Of a DNA stretch of 64,000 bases, positions 1 to 14,500 are shown piece after piece (position 1 is the stretch's first letter; each line of letters starts with the position of its first letter). The notes below the pieces were generated by a model. The model was not told the DNA's origin and searched no databases. It worked only from the letters and a program-made list of their open reading frames with translations. A program made the position numbers and the translations under genes. The stretch is from the human T2T-CHM13v2.0 reference genome, Homo sapiens: assembly GCF_009914755.1 (NCBI RefSeq), contig NC_060945.1. The stretch is one strand, 5' to 3'.

Positions 1-102
1 TCTGTCTCTCTCTGTCTGTCTATGTCTTTCTCTGTCTGTCTCTTTCTCTGTCTGTCTGCCTCTCTCTTTCTTTTTCTGTGTCTCTCTGTCGGTCTCTCTC
101 TC

Positions 103-137
<35 letters not shown>

Positions 138-329
138 GTGCCTATCTTCTGTCTTACTCTCTTTCTCTGCCTGTCTGTCTGTCTCTCCCTCCCTTTCTGT
201 TTCTCTCTCTCTCTCTCTCTCTCTCCCCCTCTCCCTGTCTGTTTCTCTCCGTCTCTCTCTCTTTCTGTCTGTTTCTCACTGTCTCTCTCTGTCCATCTCT
301 CTCTCTCTCTGTCTGTCTCTTTCGTTCTC

Positions 330-393
<64 letters not shown>

Positions 394-436
394 ACTCTCT
401 GTGTGTATCTTCTGTCTTACTCTCCTTCTCTGCCTG

Positions 437-470
<34 letters not shown>

Positions 471-813
471 CCTTTCTGTCTCTCTCTCTCTCTGTCCCTC
501 TCTCTTTCTGTCTGTTCCTCTCTCTCTCTCTGTCTCTGTCTTTCTCTGTCTGTCTGCCTCTCTCTTTCTTTCTCTTTCTGTGTCTCTCTGTCTCTCTCTC
601 TGTGCCTATCTTCTGTCTTACTCTCTTTCTCTGCCTGCCTGCCTGTCTGTCTGTCTGTCTCTCTCTGTCTCTCTCCCTGCCTTTCTGTTTCTCTCTCTCT
701 CTCCCTCTCTCTCTCCCTCTCTCGCTCTCTCTGTCTTTCTCTCTTTCTCTCTGTTTCTCTGTCTCTCTCTGTCCGTCTCTGTCTTTTTCTGTCTGTCTCT
801 CTCTTTCTTTCTG

Positions 814-846
<33 letters not shown>

Positions 847-942
847 GCTTGTCTCTCTCACTGTGTCTGTCCTCTGTCTTACTCTCCTTCTCTGCCTGTC
901 CGTCTGTCTGTCTGTCTCTCTCTCTCTCCCTCCCTTTCTGTT

Positions 943-977
<35 letters not shown>

Positions 978-1904
978 GCCTGTTTCTCTTTCTCTCTCTG
1001 TCTGTCTCTGTCTTTCTCTGTCTGTCTCTTTCTCTGTCTGTCTGTCTCCTTCTCTCTGTCTCCGTCTCTGTCTCTCTCTCTCTGTCTCTCTCTCTCTGCC
1101 TGTCTCACTGTGTCTGTCTTCTGTCTTATTCTCTTTCTCTGTCTGTCTGTCTCTCTCTCTCCCTTCCTGTCTCTTTCTCTCTCTCTCTCTCTTTCTGTCT
1201 GTTTCTCTCTGCCTGTCTCCGTCTTTCTCTGTCTGCCTCTCTCTTTCTTTTTCTGCGTCTCTCTGTCTCTCTCTCTCTGTGCCTATCTTCTGTCTTACTC
1301 TGTTTCTCTGCCTGCCTGTCTGTCTGTCTGTCTCTCTCTCTCTCTGTCTCTCTCTCTTTCTGTCTGTTTCTCTCTGTCTCTCTGTCCATCTCTGTCTTTC
1401 TCTGTCCGTCTCTCTCTTTCTCCCTGTCTCTGTCTCTGCCTCTGCCTCTCTCTCTCTCTGTCTCTCTCTTTCTATCTGTTTCTCTCTGTCTCTCTGTCCA
1501 TCTCTGTCTTTCTCTGTCTGTCTCTCTCTTTCTCCCTGTCTCTGTCTCTGCCTCTCTCTCTCTCTCTCTGTCTGTCTCTCTCACTGTGTGTGTGTCTCTG
1601 TCTCTGCCTCTCTCTCTCTCTCTCTCTCTCTGTCTGTCTCTCTCACTGTGTGTGTCTGTCTTCTGTCTTACTCTCCTTCTCTGCCTGTCCGTCTGTCTGT
1701 CTGTCTCTCCCTCTCTCTCCCTCCCTTTCTGTTTCTCTCTCTCTCTCTCTCTCTTTCTGTCTGTTTCTCTCTTTCTCTCTCTGTCTGTCTCTTTCTCTGT
1801 CTGTCTGTCTCTCTCTTTCTTTTTCTCTGTCTCTCTGTCTCTCTCTGTGCCTGTCTCTCTGTCTGTGCCTATCTTCTGTCTTACTCTCTTTCTCTGGCTG
1901 ACTG

Positions 1905-1947
<43 letters not shown>

Positions 1948-2048
1948 GTCTCCGTCCCTCCCTCCCTGTCTGTCTGTTTCTCTCTCTGTCCATTTCTGTC
2001 TGTCTCTTTCTCTTTCTCTCTCTTTCTTTCTCTCTGTCTCTCTCTGTC

Positions 2049-2097
<49 letters not shown>

Positions 2098-2176
2098 CTC
2101 TCTCACTGTGTCGGTCTTCTGTCTTACTCTCTTTCTCTGCCTGCCTCTCTGTCTGTCTGTCTGTCTCTCTCCCTCC

Positions 2177-2211
<35 letters not shown>

Positions 2212-2313
2212 ACTGTCTCTCCGTCTCTCTCTCTTTCTGTCTGTTTCTCTCTGTCTCTGTCTTTCTGTGTGTCTGTCTGTCTCTCTCTCTATTTGTCTTT
2301 CTCCCTCCCTGTC

Positions 2314-2350
<37 letters not shown>

Positions 2351-2413
2351 GTCTGTTTCTCTCTATCTCTCGCTGTCCATCTCTGTCTTTCTATGTCTGT
2401 CTCTTTCTCTGTC
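1..2413 (+). repeat. CT/CTGT-rich polypyrimidine tract of long-repeat copy A (truncated by window start)
   Basis: (CT)n/(CTGT)n mosaic ending at ctctttctctgtcag. Confidence 0.95.
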
Positions 2414-3074
2414 AGTCTGTCAGACACCCCCGTGCCGGGTAGGGCCCTGCCCCTTCCACGAAAGTGAGAAGCGCGTGCTTCGGTGCTTAGAGAGGCCGAG
2501 AGGAATCTAGACAGGCGGGCCTTGCTGGGCTTCCCCACTCGGTGTATGATTTCGGGAGGTCGAGGCCGGGTCCCCGCTTGGATGCGAGGGGCATTTTCAG
2601 ACTTTTCTCTCGGTCACGTGTGGCGTCCGTACTTCTCCTATTTCCCCGATAAGCTCCTCGACTTCAACATAAACGGCGTCCTAAGGGTCGATTTAGTGTC
2701 ATGCCTCTTTCACCGCCACCACCGAAGATGAAAGCAAAGATCGGCTAAATACCGCGTGTTCTCATCTAGAAGTGGGAACTTACAGATGACAGTTCTTGCA
2801 TGGGCAGAACGAGGGGGACCGGGGACGCGGAAGCCTGCTTGAGGGAGGAGGGGTGGAAGGAGAGACAGCTTCAGGAAGAAAACAAAACACGAATACTGTC
2901 GGACACAGCACTGACTACCCGGGTGATGAAATCATCTGCACACTGAACACCCCCGTCACAAGTTTACCTATGTCACAGTCTTGCTCATGTATGCTTGAAC
3001 GACAAATAAAAGTTCGGGGGGGAGAAGAGAGGAGAGAGAGAGAGAGACGGGGAGAGAGGGGGGAGAGGGGGGGG

Positions 3075-3123
<49 letters not shown>

Positions 3124-3212
3124 GTAAAACCAACCACCACCTCCTTGACCTGAGTCAGGGGGTTTCTGGCCTTTTGGGAGAACGTTCAGCGACAATGCAG
3201 TATTTGGGCCCG

Positions 3213-3517
3213 TTCTTTTTTTCTTCTTCTTCTTTTCTTTCTTTTTTTTTGGACTGAGTCTCTCTCGCTCTGTCACCCAGGCTGCGGTGCGGTGGCGCTC
3301 TCTCGGCTCACTGAAACCTCTGCTTCCCGGGTTCCAGTGATTCTTCTTCGGTAGCTGGGATTACAGGTGCGCACCATGACGGCCGGCTCATCGTTCTATT
3401 TTTAGTAGAGACGGGGTTTCTCCACGTTGGCCACGCTGGTCTCGAACTCCTGACCACAAATGATCCACCTTCCTGGGCCTCCCAAAGTGCTGGAAACGAC
3501 AGGCCTGAGCCGCCGGG
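3213..3517 (-). mobile_element. Alu (diverged)
   Basis: T-rich tail, gagtctctctcgctctgtcacccaggctg ... cctcccaaagtgctgg. Confidence 0.9.
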
Positions 3518-3685
3518 ATTTCAGCCTTTAAAAGCGCGGGCCCTGCCACCTTTCGCTGCGGCCCTTACGCTCAGAATGACGTGTCCTCTCTGCCGTAGGT
3601 TGACTCCTTGAGTCCCCTAGGCCATTGCACTGTAGCCTGGGCAGCAAGAGCCAAACTCCGTCCCCCCACCTCCCCGCGCACATAA

Positions 3686-3716
<31 letters not shown>

Positions 3717-3790
3717 AATCTCTACACGTCACCCATAAGTGTGTGTTCCCGTGAGGAGTGATTTCTAAGAAATGGCACTGTACACTGAAC

Positions 3791-4165
<375 letters not shown>

Positions 4166-4179
4166 CTACTGGGCTAGGG

Positions 4180-4697
4180 CCTTCTCTCTGTCTGTTTCTC
4201 TCTGTTCGTCTCTGTCTTTCTCTCTGTGTCTCTTTCTCTGTCTGTCTGTCTGTCTGTCTGTCTCTTTCTTTCTTTCTGTCTCTGTCTTTGTCCCTCTCTC
4301 TCCCTCTCTGCCTGTCTCACTGTGTCTGTCTTCTATCTTACTCTCTTTCTCTCCCCGTCTGTCTCTCTCTCACTCCCTCCCTGTCTGTTTCTCTCTCTCT
4401 CTCTTTCTGTCTGTTTCTGTCTCTCTCTGTCTGCCTCTCTCTTTCTCTATCTGTCTCTTTCTCTGTCTGTCTGCCCCTCTCTTTCTTTTTCTGTGTCTCT
4501 CTGTCTGTCTCTCTCTCTCTCTGTGCCTATCTTCTGTCTTACTCTCTTTCTCTGCCTGTCTGTCTGTCTCTCTCTGTCTCTCCCTCCCTTTCTGCTTCTC
4601 TCTCTCTCTCTCTCTCTCCCCCCTCCCTGTCTGTTTCTCTCTGTCTCCCTCTCTTTCTGTCTGTTTCTCACTGTCTCTCTCTGTCTGTCTGTTTCAT

Positions 4698-4732
<35 letters not shown>

Positions 4733-4832
4733 GTCTCTCCCTCTCTGTGTGTATCTTTTGTCTTACTCTCCTTCTCTGCCTGTCCGTCTGTCTGTCTGTC
4801 TCTCTCTCTCCCTGTCCCTCTCTCTTTCTGTC

Positions 4833-4873
<41 letters not shown>

Positions 4874-5150
4874 GTCTTTCTCTGTCTGTCCCTTTCTCTG
4901 TCTGTCTGCCTCTCTCTTTCTCTTTCTGTGTCTCTCTGTCTCTCTCTCTGTGCCTATCTTCTGTCTTACTCTCTTTCTCTGCCTGTCTATCTGTCTGTCT
5001 CTCTCTGTCTCTCTCCCTGCCTTTCTGTTTCTCTCTCTCTCCCTCTCTCGCTCTCTCTGTCTTTCTCTCTTTCTCTCTGTTTCTCTGTCTCTCTCTGTCC
5101 GTCTCTGTCTTTTTCTGTCTGTCTGTCTCTCTCTTTCTTTCTGTCGTCTG

Positions 5151-5186
<36 letters not shown>

Positions 5187-5385
5187 TCCTTGTCTCTCTC
5201 ACTGTGTCTGTCTTCTGTCTTACTCTCCTTCTCTGCCTGTCCATCTGTCTGTCTGTCTCTCTCTCTCTCTCCCTACCTTTCTGTTTCTCTCTCGCTAGCT
5301 CTCTCTCTCTCTGCCTGTTTCTCTCTTTCTCTCTCTGTCTTTCTCTGTCTGTCTCTTTCTCTGTCTGTCTGTCTCTTTCTCTCTG

Positions 5386-5428
<43 letters not shown>

Positions 5429-5821
5429 GCCTCTCTCACTGTGTCTGTCTTCTGTCTTATTCTCTTTCTCTCTCTGTCTCTCTCTCTCTCTCCTTTCCTG
5501 TCTGTTTTTCTCTCTCTCTCTCTCTTTCTGCCTGTTTCTCTCTGTCTGTCTCTGTCTTTCTCTGTCTGTCTGCCTCTCTCTTTCTTTTTCTGCGTCTCTC
5601 TGTCTCTCTCTCTCTCTCTCTCTGTTCCTATCTTCTGTCTTACTCTGTTTCCTTGCCTGCCTGCCTGTCTGTGTGTCTGTCTCTCTCTCTCTCTCTCTTT
5701 CTCTCTCCCTCCCTTTCTCTTTCTCTGTCTCTCTCTCTCTTTCTGTGTGTTTCTCTCTGTCTCTCTGTCCATCTCTGTCTTTCTATGTCTGTCTCTCTCT
5801 TTCTCTCTGTCTCTGTCTCTG

Positions 5822-5858
<37 letters not shown>

Positions 5859-6687
5859 GTCTCTCTCACTGTGTGTGTCTGTCTTCTGTCTTACTCTCCT
5901 TCTCTGCCTGTCCGTCTGTCTGTCTGTCTCTCCCTCTCTCTCCCTCCCTTTCTGTTTCTCTCTCTCTCTCTTTCTGTCTGTTTCTCTCTTTCTCTCTCTG
6001 TCTGTCTCTTTCTCTGTCTGTCTGTCTCTCTCTTTCTTTTTCTCTGTCTCTCTGTCTCTCTCTGTGTCTGTCTCTCTGTCTGTGCCTATCTTCTGTCTTA
6101 CTCTCTTTCTCTGGCTGTCTGCCTGTCTCTCTCTCTCTCTCTGTCTGTCTCCGTCCCTCTCTCCCTGTCTGTCTGTTTCTCTCTCTGCCTCTCTCTCTCT
6201 CTGTCTGTCTCTTTCTCTGTCTGTCTGTCTCTCTCTTTCTTTTTCTCTGTCTCTCTGTCTCTCTCTGTGTCTGTCTCTCTTTCTGTGCCTATCTTCTGTC
6301 TTACTCTCTTTCTCTGGCTGTCTGCCTGTCTCTCTCTCTCTGCCTGTCTCCGTCCCTCCCTCCCTGTCTGTCTGTTTCTCTCTCTGTCTCTGTCTCTCTG
6401 TCCATCTCTGTCTGTCTCTTTCTCTTTCTCTCTCTCTGTCTCTGTCTCTCTCTCTCTCTGCCTGTCTCTCTCACTGTGTCTGTCTTCTGTCTTACTCTCT
6501 TTCTCTGCCTGCCTCTCTGTCTGTCTGTCTCTCTCCCTCCATGTCTCTCTCTCTCTCTCACTCACTCTCTCTCCGTCTCTCTCTCTTTCTGTCTGTTTCT
6601 CTCTCTGTCTGTCTCTCTCCCTCCATGTCTCTCTCTCTCCCTCTCACTCACTCTCTCTCCGTCTCTCTCTCTCTTTCTGTCTGTTTC

Positions 6688-6730
<43 letters not shown>

Positions 6731-6767
6731 GTTTGTCTTTCTCCCTCCCTGTCTGTCTGTCTGTCTC

Positions 6768-6800
<33 letters not shown>

Positions 6801-6873
6801 TTCTCTTTCTGTCTGTTTCTCTCTATCTCTCGCTGTCCATCTCTGTCTTTCTATGTCTGTCTCTTTCTCTGTC
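4180..6873 (+). repeat. CT-rich polypyrimidine tract of LR copy B (template region for pyrimidine-rich IGS ncRNAs such as PNCTR)
   Basis: ~2.7-kb (CT)n/(CTGT)n mosaic seen directly. The ncRNA link is prior knowledge and cannot be seen in the sequence. Confidence 0.9.
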
Positions 6874-7140
6874 AGTCTGTCAGACACCCCCGTGCCGGGT
6901 AGGGCCCTGCCCCTTCCACGAGAGTGAGAAGCGCGTGCTTCGGTGCTTAGAGAGGCCGAGAGGAATCTAGACAGGCGGGCCTTGCTGGGCTTCCCCACTC
7001 GGTGTACGATTTCGGGAGGTCGAGGCCGGGTCCCCGCTTGGATGCGAGGGGCATTTTCAGACTTTTCTCTCGGTCACGTGTGGCGTCCGTACTTCTCCTA
7101 TTTCCCCGATAAGCTCCTCGACTTCAACATAAACTGTTAA

Positions 7141-7352
7141 GGCCGGACGCAACACGGCGAAACCCCGTCTCTACTAAAAATACAAAGCTGAGTCGGGAGC
7201 GGTGGGGCAGGCCCCTGTAATGCCAGCTCCTCGGGAGGCTGAGGCGGGAGAATCGCTTGAACCAGGGAAGCGGAGGCTGCAGGGAGCCGAGATCGCGCCA
7301 CTGCACTACGGCCCAGGCTGTAGAGTGAGTGAGACTCGGTCTCTAAATAAAT
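7141..7352 (+). mobile_element. Alu with internal left-arm deletion
   Basis: ggccggacgc directly joined to aacacggcgaaaccccgtctctactaaaaatacaaa; right arm complete. Confidence 0.88.
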
Positions 7353-8539
7353 ACGGAAATTAATTAATTCATTAATTCTTTTCCCTGCTGACGGACATTT
7401 GCAGGCAGGCATCGGTTGTCTTCGGGCATCACCTAGCGGCCACTGTTATTGAAAGTCGACGTGACACGGAGGGAGGTCTCGCCGACTTCACCGAGCCTGG
7501 GGCAACGGGTTTCTCTCTCTCCCTTCTGGAGGCCCCTCCCTCTCTCCCTCGTTGCCTAGGGAACCTCGCCTAGGGAACCTCCGCCCTGGCGGGGGCCCTA
7601 TTGTTCTTTGATCGGCGCTTTACTTTTCTTTGTGTTTTGGCGCCTAGACTCTTCTACTTGGGCTTTGGGAAGGGTCAGTTTAATTTTCAAGTTGCCCCCC
7701 GGCTCCCCCCACTACCCACGTCCCTTCACCTTAATTTAGTGAGTCGGTTAGGTGGGTTTCCCCCAAACCGCCCCCCCCCCCCCCCGCCTCCCAACACCCT
7801 GCTTGGAAACCTTCCAGAGCCACCCCGGTGTGCCTCCGTCTTCTCTCCCCTTCCCCCACCCCTTGCCGGCGATCTCATTCTTGCCAGGCTGACATTTGCA
7901 TCGGTGGGCGTCAGGCCTCACTCGGGGGCCACCGTTTTTGAAGATGGGGGCGGCACGGTCCCACTTCCCCGGAGGCAGCTTGGGCCGATGGCATAGCCCC
8001 TTGACCCGCGTGGGCAAGCGGGCGGGTCTGCAGTTGTGAGGCTTTTCCCCCCGCTGCTTCCCGCCTCAGGCCTCCCTCCCTAGGAAAGCTTCACCCTGGC
8101 TGGGTCTCGGTCACCTTTTATCACGATGTTTTAGTTTCTCCGCCCTCCGGCCAGCAGAGTTTCACAATGCGAAGGGCGCCACGGCTCTAGTCTGGGCCTT
8201 CTCAGTACTTGCCCAAAATAGAAACGCTTTCTGAAAACTAATAACTTTGCTCACTTAAGATTTCCAGGGACGGCGCCTTGGCCCGTGTTTGTTGGCTTGT
8301 TTTGTTTCGTTCTGTTTTGTTTTGTTCGTGTTTTTCCTTTCTCGTATGTCTTTCTTTTCAGGTGAAGTAGAAATCCCCAGTTTTCAGGAAGACGTCTATT
8401 TTCCCCAAGACACGTTAGCTGCCGTTTTTTCCTGTTGTGAACTAGCGCTTTTGTGACTCTCTCAACGTGCAGTGAGAGCCGGTTGATGTTTACTATCCTT
8501 CATCATGACATCTTATTTTCTAGAAATCCGTAGGCGAAT

Positions 8540-8627
8540 GCTGCTGCTGCTCTTGTTGCTGTTGTTGTTGTTGTTGTTGTCGTCGTTGCTGTTGTCGTTG
8601 TCGTTGTTGTTGTCGTTGTCGTTGTTT
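8540..8627. repeat. (GCT)/(GTT)/(GTC)n trinucleotide microsatellite
   Basis: gctgctgctg...gttgttgttgtcgtcgttg... Confidence 0.9.
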
Positions 8628-8699
8628 TCAAAGTATACCCCGGCCACCGTTTATGGGATCAAAAGCATTATAAAATATGTGTGATTATTTCTTGAGCAC

Positions 8700-9299
8700 G
8701 CCCTTCCTCCCCCTCTCTCTGTCTCTCTGTCTGTCTCTGTCTCTCTCTTTCTCTGTCTGTCTTCTCTCTCTCTCTCTCTCTGTGTCTCTCTCTCTCTGCC
8801 TGTCTGTTTCTCTCTCTCTGCCTCTCTCTCTCTCTCTCTCTCTGCCTGTCTCTCTCACTGTGTCTGTCTTCTGTCTTACTCCCTTTCTCTGTCTGTCTGT
8901 CGGTCTCTCTCTCTCTCTCTCCCTGTCTGTATGTTTCTCTCTGTCTCTGTCTCTCTCTCTCTTTCTGTTTCTCTCTCTCCGTCTCTGTCTTTCTCTGACT
9001 GTCTCTCTCTTTCCTTCTCTCTGTCTCTCTCTGCCTGTCTCTCTCACTCTGTCTTCTGTCTTACTCTCTCTCTCTGCCTGCCTGTCTCTCTCACTCTCTC
9101 TCTCTGTGTGTCTCTCTCTCTCTTTCTGTTTCTCTCTGTCTCTCTGTCCGTCTCTGTCTTTCTCTGTCTGTCTCTTTGTCTGTCTGTCTTTGTCTTTCCT
9201 TCTCTCTGTCTCTGTCTCTCTCACTGTGTCTGTCTTCTGTCTTAGTCTCTCTCTCTCTCTCTCCCTGTCTGTCTGTCTCTCTCTCTCTCTCCCCCTGTC

Positions 9300-9342
<43 letters not shown>

Positions 9343-9871
9343 TTGTCTTTCTTTCTGTCTCTGTCTCTCTCTCTCTCTCTGTGTGTCTGTCTTCTGTCTT
9401 ACTGTCTTTCTCTGCCTGTCTGTCTGTCTGTCTCTCTCTGTCTGTCTCTCTCTCTCTCTCCCCCCTGTCGGCTGTTTCTCTGTCTCTGTCTGTGTCTCTC
9501 TTTCTGTCTGTTTCTCTCTGTCTGTCTTTCTCTCTCTGTCTCTTTCTCTCTGTCTCTCTGTCTGTCTCTGTCTCTCTCTCTGTCTCTCTCTCTCTGTGGG
9601 GGTGTGTGTGTGTGTGTGTATGTGTGTGTGTGTGTGTGTGTGTGTCTGCCTTCTGTCTTACTCTCTTTCTCTGCCTGTCTGTCTGCCTGTCTGTTTGTCT
9701 CTCTCTCTCTGCCTGTCTCTCTCCCTTCCTGTCTGTTTCTCTCTCTTTCTGTTTCTCTCTGTCTCTGTCCATCTCTGTCTTTCTCCGTCTGTCTCTTTAT
9801 CTGTCTCTCTCTCTCTTTCTGTCTTTCTCTCTCTGTGTATCGTTGTCTCTCTCTGTCTGTCTCTGTCTCTG

Positions 9872-9904
<33 letters not shown>

Positions 9905-9967
9905 GTCTGTCTGTCCGTCTGTCTGTCTCGGTCTCTGGCTCTCGCTATCTCCCGCCCTCTCTTTTTT
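8700..9967 (+). repeat. Third CT-rich tract with embedded (GT)n at ~9600-9645
   Basis: Same motif vocabulary (cactgtgtctgtcttctgtctta) as the LR tracts. Confidence 0.92.
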
Positions 9968-11247
9968 TGCAAAAGAAGCTCAAGTACATCTAATCTAATC
10001 CCTTACCAAGGCCTGAATTCTTCACTTCTGACATCCCAGATTTGATCTCCCTACAGAATGCTGTACAGAACTGGCGAGTTGATTTCTGGACTTGGATACC
10101 TCATAGAAACTACATATGAATAAAGATCCAATCCTAAAATCTGGGGTGGCTTCTCCCTCGACTGTCTCGAAAAATCGTACCTCTGTTCCCCTAGGATGCC
10201 GGAAGAGTTTTCTCAATGTGCATCTGCCCGTGTCCTAAGTGATCTGTGACCGAGCCCTGTCCGTCCTGTCTCAAATATGTACGTGCAAACACTTCTCTCC
10301 ATTTCCACAACTACCCACGGCCCCTTGTGGAACCACTGGCTCTTTGAAAAAAATCCCAGAAGTGGTTTTGGCTTTTTGGCTAGGAGGCCTAAGCCTGCTG
10401 AGAACTTTCCTGCCCAGGATCCTGTGTGACCAAAAGTGCCTCTGCTGGGAGCTGGGATCCTCGGGACCATGCTTGCTAGCGCTGGATGAGTCTCTGGAAG
10501 GACGCACGGGACTCCGCAAAGCTGACCTGTCCCACCGAGGTCAAATGGATACCTCTGCATTGGCCCGAGGCCTCCGAAGTACATCACCGTCACCAACCGT
10601 CACCGTCAGCATCCTTGTGAGCCTGCCCAAGGCCCCGCCTCCGGGGAGACTCTTGGGAGCCCGGCCTTCGTCGGCTAAAGTCCAAAGGGATGGTGACTTC
10701 CACCCACAAGGTCCCCACTGAACGGCGAAGATGTGGAGCGTAGGTCAGAGAGGGGACCAGGAGGGGAGACGTCCCGACAGGCGACGAGTTCCCAAGGCTC
10801 TGGCCACCCCACCCACGCCCCACGCCCCACGTCCCGGGCACCCGCGGGACACCGCCGCTTTATCCCCTCCTCTGTCCACAGCCGGCCCCACCCCACCACG
10901 CAACCCACGCACACACGCTGGAGGTTCCAAAACCACACGGTGTGACTAGAGCCTGACGGAGCGAGAGCCCATTTCACGAGGTGGGAGGGGTGGGGGTGGG
11001 GTGGGTTGGGGGTTGTGGGGTCTGTGGCGAGCCCGATTCTCCCTCTTGGGTGGCTACAGGCTAGAAATGAATATCGCTTCTTGGGCGGAGGGGCTTCCTT
11101 AGGCCATCACCGCTTGCGGGACTACCTCTCAAACCCTCCCTTGAGGCCACAAAATAGATTCCACCCCACCCATCGACGTTTCCCCCGGGTGCTGGATGTA
11201 TCCTGTCAAGAGACCTGAGCCTGACACCGTCGAATTAAACACCTTGA

Positions 11248-11472
<225 letters not shown>

Positions 11473-11517
11473 TAGATTCGAGCCACACCTCATTCCGTGC
11501 CACAGAGAGACTTCTTT

Positions 11518-14500
11518 TTTTTTTTTTTTTTAAGCGCAACGCAACATGTCTGCCTTATTTGAGTGGCTTCCTATATCATTATAATTGTGTTATAGATGAA
11601 GAAACGGTATTAAACACTGTGCTAATGATAGTGAAAGTGAAGACAAAAGAAAGGCTATCTATTTTGTGGTTAGAATAAAGTTGCTCAGTATTTAGAGCTA
11701 CCTAAATACGTCAGCATTTACACTCTTCCTAGTAAAAGCTGGCCAATCTGAATAATCCTCCTTTAAACAAACACAATTTTTGATAGGGTTAAGATTTTTT
11801 TAAGAATGCGACTCCTGCAAAATAGCTGAACAGACGATACACATTTAAAAAAATAACAACACAAGGATCAACCAGACTTGGGAAAAAATCGAAAACCACA
11901 CAAGTCTTATGAAGAACTGAGTTCTTAAAATAGGACGGAGAACGTAGCTATCGGAAGAGAAGGCAGTATTGGCAAGTTGATTGTTACGTTGGTCAGCAGT
12001 AGCTGGCACTATCTTTTTGGCCATCTTTCGGGCAATGTAACTACTACAGCAAAATGAGATATGATCCATTAAACAACATATTCGCAAATCAAAAAGTGTT
12101 TCAGTAATATAATGCTTCAGATTTAGAAGCAAATCAAATGATAGAACTCCACTGCTGTAATAAGTCACCCCAAAGATCACCGTATCTGACAAAATAACTA
12201 CCACAGGGTTATGACTTCAGAATCATACTTTCTCTTGATATTTACTTATGTATGTATTTATTTTTTTTAATTTATTTCTCTTGAGACGGCGTCTCGCTCT
12301 GTCGCCCAGGCTGGAGTGCGATGGTGTGATCTCGGCTCACTGCAACCGCCACCTCCCTGGGTTCAAGCGATTCTCCTGCCTCAGCCTCCCGAGTAGCTGG
12401 GACTACAGGTGCCCGCCACCACGCCCAGCTAATCTTTATACTTTTAATAGAGACGGGGTTTCACCGTGTCGGCCCGGATGGTCTCGATCTCTTGACCTCG
12501 TGACCCGCCCGCCTCGGCCTCCCAAAGTGCTGGGATGACAGGCGTGAGCCACTGAGCCCGGCCTTCTCTTGACGTTTAAACTATGAAGTCAGTCCAGAGA
12601 AACGCAATAAATGTCAACGGTGAGGATGGTGTTGAGGCAGAAGTAGGACCACACTTTTTCCTATCTTATTCAGTTGATAACAATATGACCTAGGTAGTAA
12701 TTTCCTATGTGCCTACTTATACACGAGTACAAAAGAGTAAAACAGAGAGACTGCTAAATTAAAGGGTACGTGAAGTTCTTCATAGTAACTCCGTAAACTG
12801 GAACACTGTCAAAAAGCAGCAGCTAGTGAATTGTTTCCATGTATTTTTCTATGATCCAATAAGTGAACTATGCTATTCCTTTCCAGTCTCCCAAGCACTT
12901 CTTGTCCCCATCACCACTTCGGTGCTCGAAGAAAAAGTAACAAATCAAGGAACACAACTAAAGAAACACACACACAAACCAAAGACAACTACAGCGTCTG
13001 CAAAAGTTTGCTAGAAGACTGAAACTGTTGAGTATAAGGATCTGGTATTCTACGATCATGAGTTCACTTCAGAGTTTGTTCAAGACATACGTTTCGTAAG
13101 GAAACATCTTAGTTAGAAGTTATTCAGCAGTAGGTACCATCCCTAAGTATTTTTCACCAAATTCGTGACAATAAAGAGCTATCTAACCAGAAAAATTAGC
13201 GAGTACCGGCACCATCCATAGGGCTTTGTCTTTACGCTTCATTAGCACTTACCATGCCTTACAATGTCTAGGATTGACCCTGATAGCATTTCGAAAACAA
13301 GCTAATGCTTTGTCCAGTTCTTCAGTGAAGACAAGCTCACGCCCTAATGCGCTATAGGCATAAGCATCATTTGGATCCACTTCGAGAGTTCTCTGGAAGA
13401 ATTGAATCGCAATATCGTGTTCCCGTTGCAGACCGAAACAGTTCCCTGCAGCACACCAGGCCTCTGGCTGGCGAATTTTTATCCATGTCTGTGAAGTCTT
13501 TGGACAGAACTGAAAGAGCAACCTCTTTCGGAGGATGCCAAAGTGTTGTAGAGTAGATCTCCATGCCTTCGACTCTGTAATTCTCAATCCTCCTAACCTC
13601 TGAGAATTGTCTTTCAGCTTGCGTGGACTCTGAAAGTTTACAATAGGCCCTTCCGATTTGGCACAGTACCCAACCGGTATTGCGGTGGTGAGAAGCTAGA
13701 TGGCTCAAGATGCTGATAGCTTCTTTGCCGTGGTAAGAACACAAAGCTAAATAACCTTTCCCCCTTTCACGAAGAAGGCTCATCAAGCCTTCCGCTGCTG
13801 CTTTTTGTAGATTAAAAGCCTGAATCTGAGGCGCGATTGCGGCTATTTTCCCTTCTGAAATGACGGAAGAGTCCAATTTTGTCACTTCCAGGCTATCACT
13901 TATGTTCGGTGGAGTTATTGCTCCTTTATTAGTTTTACTTTTGGTTCTTCTGTTTGGGATTTTAGGTGGAAACTTCATTTTTAATTTTCTCCTATTCTCC
14001 TCGGTTGTGGAGCTGTCACTAGTCAAGAGTCGTGAATGTCTTCGAGGCGGTGCATTTGGGGGAGATGCCATAGTGGGGCTCAATACCTGAGGTGTTGCCC
14101 TTGTCGGCGGACCAGAACTTTGTGTTTTTGCAAGGACTGGAGTTACCTTTCGGCTCTTTCCCCTCTGCGAGAAGACAGACGGTGTTCCGGTTTGGCCGAT
14201 TCTGGCAACAGGCTTTTTTGAAGGGGCTCCGGTGGATGGCACGTCAATGACAGACGGTGTCTCATACCAGTGCAGTTTTGTCAATAGGGTCCGTCTCCGG
14301 GACTTGGGGTTTCTAATGGCAAAATGCCAACACTTGGGGTTAATGGACTAACAGCTGCTGGTCCTCCTAATAAACTTCGACCAGTTTTTGGTTTATGTTG
14401 AACCTGTTTAGATCATATGGAAGTTCCTGTTCCCAGTGGGACAGTATCAGGTGAAAGGACAGCTGAATCGATAGAAGACACTGGGGAGTCTGTATTCAAG

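Noticed and set aside
11845-12204. 119-aa ORF in the AT-rich region
   Set aside because: Non-ATG start, no recognisable homology; lies in presumed intron-derived pseudogene sequence.
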